Part shown: in pieces, positions 15,001-30,000 of the stretch
How the letters are laid out: each line of letters opens with the position of its first letter
Position numbering within the stretch: the first letter of the stretch is position 1
Origin: Eledone cirrhosa
Lineage: Eukaryota
Length of the DNA stretch: 64,000 nt
Assembly (NCBI GenBank): GCA_964016885.1
Contig: OZ024742.1
Coordinates: forward strand, 15,810,001 to 15,874,000
Direction: 5' to 3'
Notes under the pieces: model-generated
The model's database searches: none
What the model was told of the DNA's origin: nothing
Seen by the model: the letters and a program-made list of their open reading frames with translations, nothing else
Translations under genes and position numbers: made by a program

Positions 15001-18000
15001 TTGTTTAGTATACAGTAGAGACTTTAGGGTTGGATTTGTGTGAGCTATTGTTTAGTATACAGTAGAGACTTTAGGTTTGGATTTGTGTGAGATATTGTTT
15101 AGTATACAGTAGAGACTTTAGGTTTGGATTTGTGTGAGATATTGTTTAGTATACATTAGAGACTTTAGGTTTGGATTTGTGTGAGATATTGTTTAGTATA
15201 CAGTAGAGACTTTAGGTTTGGATTTGTGTGAGATATTGTTTAGTATACAGTAGAGACTTTAGGTTTGGATTTGTGTGAGATATTGTTTAGTATACAGTAG
15301 AGACTTTAGGTTTGGATTTGTGTGAGATATTGTTTAGTATACATTAGAGACTTTAGGTTTGGATTTGTGTGAGATATTGTTTAGTATATAGTAGAGACTT
15401 TAGGTTTGGATTTGTGTGAGATATTGTTTTGTATACAGTAGAGACTTTAGGTTTGGATTTGTGTGAGATATTGTTTAGTACACAGTAGAGACTTTAGGTT
15501 TGGATTTGTGTGAGATATTGTTTAGTATACAGTAGAGACTTTAGGTTTGGATTTGTGTGAGATATTGTTTAGTATACAGTAGAGACTTTAGGTTTGGATT
15601 TGTGTGAGATATTGTTTAGTACACAGTAGAGACTTTAGGTTTGGATTTGTGTGAGATATTGTTTAGTATACAGTAGAGACTTTAGGGTTGGATTTGTGTG
15701 AGATATTTTTTAGTATACAGTAGAGACTTTAGGTTTGGATTTGTGTGAGATATTGTTTAGTATACAGTAGAGACTTTAGGTTTGGATTTGTGTGAGATAT
15801 TGTTTAGTACACAGTAGAGACTTAGGGGTTTGGATTTGTGTGAGATATTGTTTAGTATACAGTAGAGACTTTAGGGTTGGATTTGTGTGAGATATTGTTT
15901 AGTATACAGTAGAGACTTTAGGTTTGGATTTGTGTGAGATATTGTTTAGTATACAATAGAGACTTTAGGTTTGGATTTGTGTGAGATATTGTTTAGTATA
16001 CAGTAGAGACTTTAGGTTTGGATTTCTGTGAGATATTGTTTAGTATATAGTAGAGACTTTAGGTTTGAATTTTTGTGAGATATTGTTTAGTATACAGTAG
16101 AGACTTTAGGTTTGGATTTGTGTGAGATATTGTTTAGTATACAGTAGAGTCTTTAGGTTTCGATTTGTGTGAGATATTGTTTAGTATACAGTAGAGACTT
16201 TAGGTTTGGATTTCTGTGAGATATTGTTTAGTATACAGTAGAGACTTTATGTTTGGATTTGTGTGAGATATTGTTTAGTATACAGTAGAGACTTTAGGGT
16301 TGGATTTGTGTGAGATATTGTTTAGTATACAGTAGAGACTTTAGGTTTGGATTTGTGTGAGATATTGTTTAGTATACAGTAGAGACTTTAGGTTTGGATT
16401 TGTGTGAGATATTGTTTAGTATACATTAGAGACTTTAGGTTTGGATTTGTGTGAGATATTGTTTAGTATATAGTAGAGACTTTAGGTTTGGATTTGTGTG
16501 AGATATTGTTTAGTATACAGTAGAGATTTTAGGTTTCGATATTTGTGTGAGATATTGTTTAGTATACAGTAGAGACTTTAGGTTTGGATTTGTGTGAGAT
16601 ATTGTTTAGTATACAGTAGAGACTTTAGGTTTGGATTTGTGTGAGATATTGTTTTGTATACAGTAGAGACTTTAGGTTTGGATTTGTGTGAGATATTGTT
16701 TTGTATACAGTAGAGACTTTAGGTTTGGATTTGTGTGAGATATTGTTTAGTACACAGTAGAGACTTTAGGTTTGGATTTGTGTGAGACATTGTTTAGTAT
16801 ACAGTAGAGACTTTAGGTTTGGATTTGTGTGAGATATTGTTTAGTATACAGTAGAGACTTTAGGTTTGGATTTGTGTGAGATATTGTTTAGTATACAGTA
16901 GAGACTTTAGGTTTGGATTTGTGTGAGATATTGTTTAGTATACAGTAGAGACTTTAGGTTTGGATTTGTGTGAGATATTGTTTAGTACACAGTAGAGACT
17001 TTAGGTTTGGATTTGTGTGAGATATTGTTTAGTATACAGTAGAGACTTTAGGTTTCGATTTGTGTGAGATATTGTTTAGTATACAGAAGAGACTTTAGGT
17101 TTGGATTTGTGTGAGATATTGTTTAGTATACAGTAGAGACTTTAGGTTTCGATTTTTGTGAGATATTGTTTAGTATACAGTAGAGACTTTTGGTTTGGAT
17201 TTGTGTGAGATATTGTTTAGTATACAGTAGAGACTTTAGGTTTGGATTTGTGTGAGATATTGTTTAGTACACAGTAGAGACTTTAGGTTTGGATTTGTGT
17301 GAGATATTGTTTAGTATACAGTAGAGACTTTAGGTTTCGATTTGTGTGAGATATTGTTTAGTATACAGTAGAGACTTTAGGTTTGGATTTGTGTGAGATA
17401 TTGTTTAGTATACAGTAGAGACTTTAGGTTTCGATTTGTGTGAGATATTGTTTTGTATACAGTAGACACTTTAGGTTTGGATTTGTGTGAGATATTGTTT
17501 TGTATACAGTAGAGACTTTAGGTTTGGATTTGTGTGAGATATTGTTTAGTACACAGTAGAGACTTTAGGTTTGGATTTGTGTGAGATATTGTTTAGTATA
17601 CAGTAGAGACTTTAGGTTTGGATTTGTGTGAGATATTGTTTAGTATACAGTAGAGACTTTAGGTTTGGATTTGTGTGAGATATTGTTTAGTATACAGTAG
17701 AGACTTTAGGTTTGGATTTGTGTGAGATATTGTTTAGTATACAGTAGAGACTTTAGGTTTGGATTTGTGTGAGATATTGTTTAGTACACATTAGAGACTT
17801 TAGGTTTGGATTTGTGTGAGATATTGTTTAGAATACAGTAGAGACTTTAGGGTTGGATTTGTGTGAGCTATTGTTTAGTATACAGTAGAGACTTTAGGTT
17901 TGGATTTGTGTGAGATATTGTTTAGTATACAGTAGAGACTTTAGGTTTGGATTTGTGTGAGATATTGTTTAGCATACATTAGAGACTTTAGGTTTGGATT

Positions 18001-21000
18001 TGTGTGAGATATTGTTTAGTATACAGTAGAGACTTTAGGTTTGGATTTGTGTGAGATATTGTTTAGTATACAGTAGAGACTTTAGGTTTGGATTTGTGTG
18101 AGATATTGTTTAGTATACATTAGAGACTTTAGGTTTGGATTTGTGTGAGATATTGTTTAGTATACAGTAGAGACTTAAGTTTTGGATTTGTGTGAGATAT
18201 TGTTTAGTACACAGTAGAGACTTTAGTTTTGGATTTGTGTGAGATATTGTTTAGTATACAGTAGAGACTTTAGGTTTCGATTTTTGTGAGATATTGTTTA
18301 GTATACAGTAGAGACTTTAGGTTTCGATTTGTGTGAGATATTGTTTAGTATACAGTAGAGACTTTAGTTTTGGATTTGTGTGAGATATTGTTTAGTACAC
18401 AGTAGAGACTTTAGGTTTGGATTTGTGTGACATATTGTTTAGTATACAGTAGAGACTTTAGGTTTCGATTTGTGTGAGATATTGTTTAGTATACAGTAGA
18501 GACTTTAGGTTTGGATTTGTGTGAGATATTGTTTAGTATACAGTAGAGACTTTAGGTTTCGATTTGTGTGAGATATTGTTTTGTATACAGTAGACACTTT
18601 AGGTTTGGATTTGTGTGAGATATTGTTTTGTATACAGTAGAGACTTTAGGTTTGGATTTGTGTGAGATATTGTTTAGTACACAGTAGAGACTTTAGGTTT
18701 GGATTTGTGTGAGATATTGTTTAGTATACAGTAGAGACTTTAGGTTTGGATTTGTGTGAGATATTGTTTAGTATACAGTAGAGATTTAGGTTTGGATTTG
18801 TGTGAGATATTGTTTAGTATACAGTAGAGACTTTAGGTTTGGATTTGTGTGAGATATTGTTTAGTATACAGTAGAGACTTTAGGTTTGGATTTGTGTGAG
18901 ATATTGTTTAGTACACATTAGAGACTTTAGGTTTGGATTTGTGTGAGATATTGTTTAGTATACAGTAGAGACTTTAGGGTTGGATTTGTGTGAGCTATTG
19001 TTTAGTATACAGTAGAGACTTTAGGTTTGGATTTGTGTGAGATATTGTTTAGTATACAGTAGAGACTTTAGGTTTGGATTTGTGTGAGATATTGTTTAGT
19101 ATACATTAGAGACTTTAGGTTTGGATTTGTGTGAGATATTGTTTAGTATACATTAGAGACTTTAGGTTTGGATTTGTGTGAGATATTGTTTAGTATACAT
19201 TAGAGACTTTAGGTTTGGATTTGTGTGAGATATTGTTTAGTATATAGTAGAGACTTTAGGTTTGGATTTGTGTGAGATATTGTTTAGTACACAGTAGAGA
19301 CTTTAGGTTTGGATTTGTGTGAGATATTGTTTAGTATACAGTAGAGACTTTCGGTTTGGATTTGTGTGAGATATTGTTTTGTATACAGTAGAGACTTTAG
19401 GTTTGGATTTGTGTGAGATATTGTTTAGTATACAGTAGACACTTTAGGTTTGGATTTGTGTGAGATATTGTTTTGTATACAGTAGAGACTTTAGGTTTGG
19501 ATTTGTGTGAGATATTGTTTTGTATACAGTAGAGACTTTAGGTTTGGATTTGTGTGAGATATTGTTTAGTACACAGTAGAGACTTTAGGTTTCGATTTGT
19601 GTGAGATATTGTTTAGTATACAGTATAGACTTTAGGTTTGGATTTGTGTGAGATATTGTTTTGTATACAGTAGAGACTTTAGGCTTGGATTTGTCTGAGA
19701 TATTGTTTAGTACACAGTAGAGACTTTAGGTTTGGATTTGTGTGAGATATTGTTTAGTATACAGTAGAGACTTTAGGTTTGGATTTGTGTGAGATATTGT
19801 TTAGTATACAGTAGAGACTTTAGGTTTGGATTTGTGTGAGATATTGTTTAGTATACAGTAGAGACTTTAGGTTTGGATTTGTGTGAGATATTGTTTAGTA
19901 TACAGTAGAGACTTTAGGTTTGGATTTGTGTGAGATATTGTTTAGTACACAGTAGAGACTTTAGGTTTGGATTTGTGTGAGATATTGTTTAGTATACAGT
20001 AGAGACTTTAGGTTTCGATTTGTGTGAGATATTGTTTAGTATACAGTAGAGACTTTAGGTTTGGATTTGTGTGAGATATTGTTTAGTATACAGTAGAGAC
20101 TTTAGGTTTGGATTTGTGTGAGATATTGTTTAGTACACAGTAGAGACTTTAGGTTTGGATTTGTGTGAGATATTGTTTAGTATACAGTAGAGACTTTAGG
20201 TTTCGATTTGTGTGAGATATTGTTTAGTATACCGTAGAGACTTTAGGTTTGGATTTGTGTGAGATATTGTTTAGTATACAGTAGAGACTTTAGGTTTGGA
20301 TTTGTGTGAGATATTGTTTTGTATACAGGATAGACTTTAGGTTTGGATTTGTGTGAGATGTTGTTTTGTATACAGTAGAGACTTTAGGTTTGGATTTGTG
20401 TGAGATATTGTTTAGTACACAGTAGAGACTTTAGGTTTGGATTTGTGTGAGATATTGTTTAGTATACAGTAGAGACTTTAGGTTTGGATTTGTGTGAGAT
20501 ATTGTTTAGTATACAGTAGAGACTTTAGGTTTGGATTTGTGTGAGATATTGTTTAGTATACAGTAGAGACTTTAGGTTTGGATTTGTGTGAGATATTGTT
20601 TAGTATACAGTAGAGACTTTAGGTTTGGATTTGTGTGAGATATTGTTTAGTACACAGTAGAGACTTTAGGTTTGGATTTGTGTGAGATATTGTTTAGTAT
20701 ACAGTAGAGACTTTAGGGTTGGATTTGTGTGAGCTATTGTTTAGTATACAGTAGAGATTTAGGTTTGGATTTGTGTGAGATATTGTTTAGTATACAGTAG
20801 AGACTTTAGGTTTGGATTTGTGTGAGATATTGTTTAGTATACATTAGAGACTTTAGGTTTGGATTTGTGTGAGATATTGTTTAGTATATAGTAGAGACTT
20901 TAGGTTTGGATTTGTGTGAGATATTGTTTAGTATACAGTAGAGACTTTAGGTTTCGATTTGTGTGAGATATTGTTTAGTATACAGTAGAGACTTTAGGTT

Positions 21001-24000
21001 TGGATTTGTGTGAGATATTGTTTAGTATACAGTAGAGACTTTAGGTTTGGATTTGTGTGAGATATTGTTTAGTATACAGTAGAGACTTAAGTTTTGGATT
21101 TGTGTGAGATATTGTTTAGTATACAGTAGAGACTTTAGGGTTGGATTTGTGTGAGATATTGTTTAGTATACAGTAGAGACTTTAGGTTTGGATTTGTGTG
21201 AGATATTGTTTTGTATACAGTAGAGACTTTAGGTTTGGATTTGTGTGAGATATTGTTTTGTATACAGTAGAGACTTTAGGTTTGGATTTGTGTGAGATAT
21301 TGTTTAGTACACAGTAGAGACTTTAGGTTTCGATTTGTGTGAGATATTGTTTAGTATACAGTATAGACTTTAGGTTTGGATTTGTGTGAGATATTGTTTT
21401 GTATACAGTAGAGACTTTAGGCTTGGATTTGTCTGAGATATTGTTTAGTACACAGTAGAGACTTTAGGTTTGGATTTGTGTGAGATATTGTTTAGTATAC
21501 AGTAGAGACTTTAGGTTTGGATTTGTGTGAGATATTGTTTAGTATACAGTAGAGACTTTAGGTTTGGATTTGTGTGAGATATTGTTTAGTATACAGTAGA
21601 GACTTTAGGTTTGGATTTGTGTGAGATATTGTTTAGTATACAGTAGAGACTTTAGGTTTGGATTTGTGTGAGATATTGTTTAGTACACAGTAGAGACTTT
21701 AGGTTTGGATTTGTGTGAGATATTGTTTAGTATACAGTAGAGACTTTAGGTTTCGATTTGTGTGAGATATTGTTTAGTATACAGTAGAGACTTTAGGTTT
21801 GGATTTGTGTGAGATATTGTTTAGTATACAGTAGAGACTTTAGGTTTGGATTTGTGTGAGATATTGTTTAGTACACAGTAGAGACTTTAGGTTTGGATTT
21901 GTGTGAGATATTGTTTAGTATACAGTAGAGACTTAAGTTTTGGATTTGTGTGAGATATTGTTTAGTATACAGTAGAGACTTTAGGTTTGGATTTGTGTGA
22001 GATATTGTTTAGTATACAGTAGAGACTTTAGGTTTGGATTTGTGTGAGATATTGTTTTGTATACAGTAGAGACTTTAGGTTTGGATTTGTGTGAGATATT
22101 GTTTAGTATACAGTAGAGACTTTAGGTTTGGATTTGTGTGAGATATTGTTTAGTACACAGTAGAGACTTTAGGTTTGGATTTGTGTGAGATATTGTTTAG
22201 TACACAGTAGAGACTTTAGGTTTGGATTTGTGTGAGATATTGTTTAGTACACAGTAGAGACTTTAGGTTTGGATTTGTGTGAGATATTGTTTAGTATACA
22301 GTAGAGACTTTAGGTTTCGATTTGTGTGAGATATTGTTTAGTATACAGTAGAGACTTTAGGTTTGGATTTGTGTGAGATATTGTTTAGTATACAGTAGAG
22401 ACTTTAGGTTTGGATTTGTGTGAGATATTGTTTAGTACACAGTAGAGACTTTAGGTTTGGATTTGTGTGAGATATTGTTTAGTATACAGTAGAGACTTTA
22501 GGTTTCGATTTGTGTGAGATATTGTTTAGTATACCGTAGAGACTTTAGGTTTGGATTTGTGTGAGATATTGTTTAGTATACAGTAGAGACTTTAGGTTTG
22601 GATTTGTGTGAGATATTGTTTTGTATACAGGATAGACTTTAGGTTTGGATTTGTGTGAGATGTTGTTTTGTATACAGTAGAGACTTTAGGTTTGGATTTG
22701 TGTGAGATATTGTTTAGTACACAGTAGAGACTTTAGGTTTGGATTTGTGTGAGATATTGTTTAGTATACAGTAGAGACTTTAGGTTTGGATTTGTGTGAG
22801 ATATTGTTTAGTATACAGTAGAGACTTTAGGTTTGGATTTGTGTGAGATATTGTTTAGTATACAGTAGAGACTTTAGGTTTGGATTTGTGTGAGATATTG
22901 TTTAGTATACAGTAGAGACTTTAGGTTTGGATTTGTGTGAGATATTGTTTAGTACACAGTAGAGACTTTAGGTTTGGATTTGTGTGAGATATTGTTTAGT
23001 ATACAGTAGAGACTTTAGGGTTGGATTTGTGTGAGCTATTGTTTAGTATACAGTAGAGATTTAGGTTTGGATTTGTGTGAGATATTGTTTAGTATACAGT
23101 AGAGACTTTAGGTTTGGATTTGTGTGAGATATTGTTTAGTATACATTAGAGACTTTAGGTTTGGATTTGTGTGAGATATTGTTTAGTATATAGTAGAGAC
23201 TTTAGGTTTGGATTTGTGTGAGATATTGTTTAGTATACAGTAGAGACTTTAGGTTTCGATTTGTGTGAGATATTGTTTAGTATACAGTAGAGACTTTAGG
23301 TTTGGATTTGTGTGAGATATTGTTTAGTATACAGTAGAGACTTTAGGTTTGGATTTGTGTGAGATATTGTTTAGTATACAGTAGAGACTTAAGTTTTGGA
23401 TTTGTGTGAGATATTGTTTTAGTATACAGTAGAGACTTTAGGGTTGGATTTGTGTGAGATATTGTTTAGTATACAGTAGAGACTTTAGGTTTGGATTTGT
23501 GTGAGATATTGTTTAGTATACAGTAGAGACTTTAGGTCTGGATTTGTGTGAGATATTGTTTTGTATACAGTAGAGACTTTAGGTTTGGATTTGTGTGAGA
23601 TATTGTTTAGTACACAGTAGAGACTTTAGGTTTGGATTTGTGTGAGATATTGTTTAGTATACAGTAGAGACTTTAGGTTTGGATTTGTGTGAGATATTGT
23701 TTAGTATACAGTAGAGACTTTAGGTTTGGATTTGTGTGAGATATTGTTTAGTACACAGTAGAGACTTTAGGTTTGGATTTGTGTGAGATATTGTTTAGTA
23801 TACAGTAGAGACTTTAGGGTTGGATTTGTGTGAGATATTGTTTAGTATACAGTAGAGACTTTAGGTTTGGATTTGTGTGAGATATTGTTGAGTATACAGT
23901 AGAGACTTTAGGTTTGGATTTGTGTGAGATATTGTTTAGTATACAGTAGAGACTTTAGGTTTGGATTTGTGTGAGATATTGTTTAGTATATAGTAGAGAC

Positions 24001-27000
24001 TTTAGGTTTGGATTTGTGTGAGATATTGTTTAGTATACAGTAGAGATTTTAGGTTTCGATATTTGTGTGAGATATTGTTTAGTATACAGTAGAGACTTTA
24101 GGTTTGGATTTGTGTGAGATATTGTTTAGTATACAGTAGAGACTTTAGGTTTGGATTTGTGTGAGATATTGTTTTGTATACAGTAGAGACTTTAGGTTTG
24201 GATTTGTGTGAGATATTGTTTTGTATACAGTAGAGACTTTAGGTTTGGATTTGTGTGAGATATTGTTTAGTACACAGTAGAGACTTTAGGTTTGGATTTG
24301 TGTGAGACATTGTTTAGTATACAGTAGAGACTTTAGGTTTGGATTTGTGTGAGATATTGTTTTGTATACAGTAGAGACTTTAGGTTTGGATTTGTGTGAG
24401 ATATTGTTTAGTATACAGTAGAGACTTTAGGTTTGGATTTGTGTGAGATATTGTTTAGTACACAGTAGAGACTTTAGGTTTGGATTTGTGTGAGATATTG
24501 TTTAGTACACAGTAGAGACTTTAGGTTTGGATTTGTGTGAGATATTGTTTAGTACACAGTAGAGACTTTAGGTTTGGATTTGTGTGAGATATTGTTTAGT
24601 ATACAGTAGAGACTTTAGGTTTCGATTTGTGTGAGATATTGTTTAGTATACAGTAGAGACTTTAGGTTTGGATTTGTGTGAGATATTGTTTAGTATACAG
24701 TAGAGACTTTAGGTTTGGATTTGTGTGAGATATTGTTTAGTACACAGTAGAGACTTTAGGTTTGGATTTGTGTGAGATATTGTTTAGTATACAGTAGAGA
24801 CTTTAGGTTTCGATTTGTGTGAGATATTGTTTAGTATACCGTAGAGACTTTAGGTTTGGATTTGTGTGAGATATTGTTTAGTATACAGTAGAGACTTTAG
24901 GTTTGGATTTGTGTGAGATATTGTTTTGTATACAGGATAGACTTTAGGTTTGGATTTGTGTGAGATGTTGTTTTGTATACAGTAGAGACTTTAGGTTTGG
25001 ATTTGTGTGAGATATTGTTTAGTACACAGTAGAGACTTTAGGTTTGGATTTGTGTGAGATATTGTTTAGTATACAGTAGAGACTTTAGGTTTGGATTTGT
25101 GTGAGATATTGTTTAGTATACAGTAGAGACTTTAGGTTTGGATTTGTGTGAGATATTGTTTAGTATACAGTAGAGACTTTAGGTTTGGATTTGTGTGAGA
25201 TATTGTTTAGTATACAGTAGAGACTTTAGGTTTGGATTTGTGTGAGATATTGTTTAGTACACAGTAGAGACTTTAGGTTTGGATTTGTGTGAGATATTGT
25301 TTAGTATACAGTAGAGACTTTAGGGTTGGATTTGTGTGAGCTATTGTTTAGTATACAGTAGAGATTTAGGTTTGGATTTGTGTGAGATATTGTTTAGTAT
25401 ACAGTAGAGACTTTAGGTTTGGATTTGTGTGAGATATTGTTTAGTATACATTAGAGACTTTAGGTTTGGATTTGTGTGAGATATTGTTTAGTATATAGTA
25501 GAGACTTTAGGTTTGGATTTGTGTGAGATATTGTTTAGTATACAGTAGAGACTTTAGGTTTCGATTTGTGTGAGATATTGTTTAGTATACAGTAGAGACT
25601 TTAGGTTTGGATTTGTGTGAGATATTGTTTAGTATACAGTAGAGACTTTAGGTTTGGATTTGTGTGAGATATTGTTTAGTATACAGTAGAGACTTAAGTT
25701 TTGGATTTGTGTGAGATATTGTTTTAGTATACAGTAGAGACTTTAGGGTTGGATTTGTGTGAGATATTGTTTAGTATACAGTAGAGACTTTAGGTTTGGA
25801 TTTGTGTGAGATATTGTTTAGTATACAGTAGAGACTTTAGGTCTGGATTTGTGTGAGATATTGTTTTGTATACAGTAGAGACTTTAGGTTTGGATTTGTG
25901 TGAGATATTGTTTAGTACACAGTAGAGACTTTAGGTTTGGATTTGTGTGAGATATTGTTTAGTATACAGTAGAGACTTTAGGTTTGGATTTGTGTGAGAT
26001 ATTGTTTAGTATACAGTAGAGACTTTAGGTTTGGATTTGTGTGAGATATTGTTTAGTACACAGTAGAGACTTTAGGTTTGGATTTGTGTGAGATATTGTT
26101 TAGTATACAGTAGAGACTTTAGGGTTGGATTTGTGTGAGATATTGTTTAGTATACAGTAGAGACTTTAGGTTTGGATTTGTGTGAGATATTGTTGAGTAT
26201 ACAGTAGAGACTTTAGGTTTGGATTTGTGTGAGATATTGTTTAGTATACAGTAGAGACTTTAGGTTTGGATTTGTGTGAGATATTGTTTAGTATATAGTA
26301 GAGACTTTAGGTTTGGATTTGTGTGAGATATTGTTTAGTATACAGTAGAGATTTTAGGTTTCGATATTTGTGTGAGATATTGTTTAGTATACAGTAGAGA
26401 CTTTAGGTTTGGATTTGTGTGAGATATTGTTTAGTATACAGTAGAGACTTTAGGTTTGGATTTGTGTGAGATATTGTTTTGTATACAGTAGAGACTTTAG
26501 GTTTGGATTTGTGTGAGATATTGTTTTGTATACAGTAGAGACTTTAGGTTTGGATTTGTGTGAGATATTGTTTAGTACACAGTAGAGACTTTAGGTTTGG
26601 ATTTGTGTGAGACATTGTTTAGTATACAGTAGAGACTTTAGGTTTGGATTTGTGTGAGATATTGTTTAGTATACAGTAGAGACTTTAGGTTTGGATTTGT
26701 GTGAGATATTGTTTAGTATACAGTAGAGACTTTAGGTTTGGATTTGTGTGAGATATTGTTTAGTACACAGTAGAGACTTTAGGTTTGGATTTGTGTGAGA
26801 TATTGTTTAGTACACAGTAGAGACTTTAGGTTTGGATTTGTGTGAGATATTGTTTAGTATACAGTAGAGACTTTAGGTTTCGATTTGTGTGAGATATTGT
26901 TTAGTATACAGTAGAGACTTTAGGTTTGGATTTGTGTGAGATATTGTTTAGTATACAGTAGAGACTTTAGGTTTCGATATTTGTGAGATATTGTTTAGTA

Positions 27001-30000
27001 TACAGTAGAGACTTTAGGTTTGGATTTGTGTGAGATATTGTTTAGTATACAGTAGAGACTTTAGGTTTGGATTTGTGTGAGATATTGTTTAGTACACAGT
27101 AGAGACTTTACGTTTGGATTTGTGTGAGATATTGTTTAGTATACAGTAGAGACTTTAGGTTTCGATTTGTGTGAGATATTGTTTAGTATACAGTAGAGAC
27201 TTTAGGTTTGGATTTGTGTGAGATATTGTTTAGTATACAGTAGAGACTTTAGGTTTCGATTTGTGTGAGATATTGTTTTGTATACAGTAGACACTTTAGG
27301 TTTGGATTTGTGTGAGATATTATTTTGTATACAGTAGAGACTTTAGGTTTGGATTTGTGTGAGATATTGTTTAGTACACAGTAGAGACTTTAGGTTTGGA
27401 TTTGTGTGAGATATTGTTTAGTATACAGTAGAGACTTTAGGTTTGGATTTGTGTGAGATATTGTTTAGTATACAGTAGAGACTTTAGGTTTGGATTTGTG
27501 TGAGATATTGTTTAGTATACAGTAGAGACTTTAGGTTTGGATTTGTGTGAGATATTGTTTAGTATACAGTAGAGACTTTAGGTTTGGATTTGTGTGAGAT
27601 ATTGTTTAGTACACATTAGAGACTTTAGGTTTGGATTTGTGTGAGATATTGTTTAGTATACAGTAGAGACTTTAGGGTTGGATTTGTGTGAGCTATTGTT
27701 TAGTATACAGTAGAGACTTTAGGTTTGGATTTGTGTGAGATATTGTTTAGTATACAGTAGAGACTTTAGGTTTGGATTTGTGTGAGATATTGCTTAGCAT
27801 ACATTAGAGACTTTAGGGTTGGATTTGTGTGAGATATTGTTTAGTATACAGTAGAGACTTTAGGTTTGGATTTGTGTGAGATATTGTTTAGTATACAGTA
27901 GAGACTTTAGGTTTGGATTTGTGTGAGATATTGTTTAGTATATAGTAGAGACTTTAGGTTTGGATTTGTGTGAGATATTGTTTAGTATACAGTAGAGATT
28001 TTAGGTTTCGATATTTGTGTGAGATATTGTTTAGTATACAGTAGAGACTTTAGGTTTGGATTTGTGTGAGATATTGTTTAGCATACAGTAGAGACTTTAG
28101 GTTTGGATTTGTGTGAGATATTGTTTAGTACACAGTAGAGACTTTAGGTTTGGATTTGTGTGAGATATTGTTTAGTATACAGTAGAGACTTTAGGGTTGG
28201 ATTTGTGTGAGCTATTGTTTAGTATACAGTAGAGATTTAGGTTTGGATTTGTGTGAGATATTGTTTAGTATACAGTAGAGACTTTAGGTTTGGATTTGTG
28301 TGAGATATTGTTTAGTACACAGTAGAGACTTTAGGTTTGGATTTGTGTGAGATATTGTTTAGTATACAGTAGAGACTTTAGGTTTAGATTTGTGTGAGAT
28401 ATTGTTTAGTATACAGTAGAGACTTTAGGTTTGGATTTGTGTGAGATATTGTTTAGTATACAGTAGAGACTTTAGGTTTGGATTTGTGTGAGATATTGTT
28501 TAGTATACAGTAGAGACTTTAGGTTTGGATTTGTGTGAGATATTGTTTAGTACACATTAGAGACTTTAGGTTTGGATTTGTGTGAGATATTGTTTAGTAT
28601 ACAGTAGAGACTTTAGGGTTGGATTTGTGTGAGCTATTGTTTAGTATACAGTAGAGACTTTAGGTTTGGATTTGTGTGAGATATTATTTAGTATACAGTA
28701 GAGACTTTAGGTTTGGATTTGTGTGAGATATTGTTTAGTATACAGTAGAGACTTTAGGTTTGGATTTGTGTGAGATATTGTTTTGTATACAGTAGAGACT
28801 TTAGGTTTGGATTTGTGTGAGATATTGTTTTGTATACAGTAGAGACTTTAGGTTTGGATTTGTGTGAGATATTGTTTAGTACACAGTAGAGACTTTAGGT
28901 TTGGATTTGTGTGAGACATTGTTTAGTATACAGTAGAGACTTTAGGTTTGGATTTGTGTGAGATATTCGTTAGTATACAGTAGAGACTTTAGGTTTGGAT
29001 TTGTGTGAGATATTGTTTAGTATACAGTAGAGACTTTAGGTTTGGATTTGTGTGAGATATTGTTTAGTACACAGTAGAGACTTTAGGTTTGGATTTGTGT
29101 GAGATATTGTTTAGTACACAGTAGAGACTTTAGGTTTGGATTTGTGTGAGATATTGTTTAGTATACAGTAGAGACTTTAGGTTTCGATTTGTGTGAGATA
29201 TTGTTTAGTATACAGTAGAGACTTTAGGTTTGGATTTGTGTGAGATATTGTTTAGTATACAGTAGAGACTTTAGGTTTCGATTTTTGTGAGATATTGTTT
29301 AGTATACAGTAGAGACTTTAGGTTTGGATTTGTGTGAGATATTGTTTAGTATACAGTAGAGACTTTAGGTTTGGATTTGTGTGAGATATTGTTTAGTACA
29401 CAGTAGAGACTTTAGGTTTGGATTTGTGTGAGATATTGTTTAGTATACAGTAGAGACTTTAGGTTTCGATTTGTGTGAGATATTGTTTAGTATACAGTAG
29501 AGACTTTAGGTTTGGATTTGTGTGAGATATTGTTTAGTATACAGTAGAGACTTTAGGTTTCGATTTGTGTGAGATATTGTTTTGTATACAGTAGACACTT
29601 TAGGTTTGGATTTGTGTGAGATATTGTTTTGTATACAGTAGAGACTTTAGGTTTGGATTTGTGTGAGATATTGTTTAGTACACAGTAGAGACTTTAGGTT
29701 TGGATTTGTGTGAGATATTGTTTAGTATACAGTAGAGACTTTAGGTTTGGATTTGTGTGAGATATTGTTTAGTATACAGTAGAGACTTTAGGTTTGGATT
29801 TGTGTGAGATATTGTTTAGTATACAGTAGAGACTTTAGGTTTGGATTTGTGTGAGATATTGTTTAGTATACAATAGAGACTTTAGGTTTGGATTTGTGTG
29901 AGATATTGTTTAGTACACATTAGAGACTTTAGGTTTGGATTTGTGTGAGATATTGTTTAGTATACAGTAGAGACTTTAGGGTTGGATTTGTGTGAGCTAT

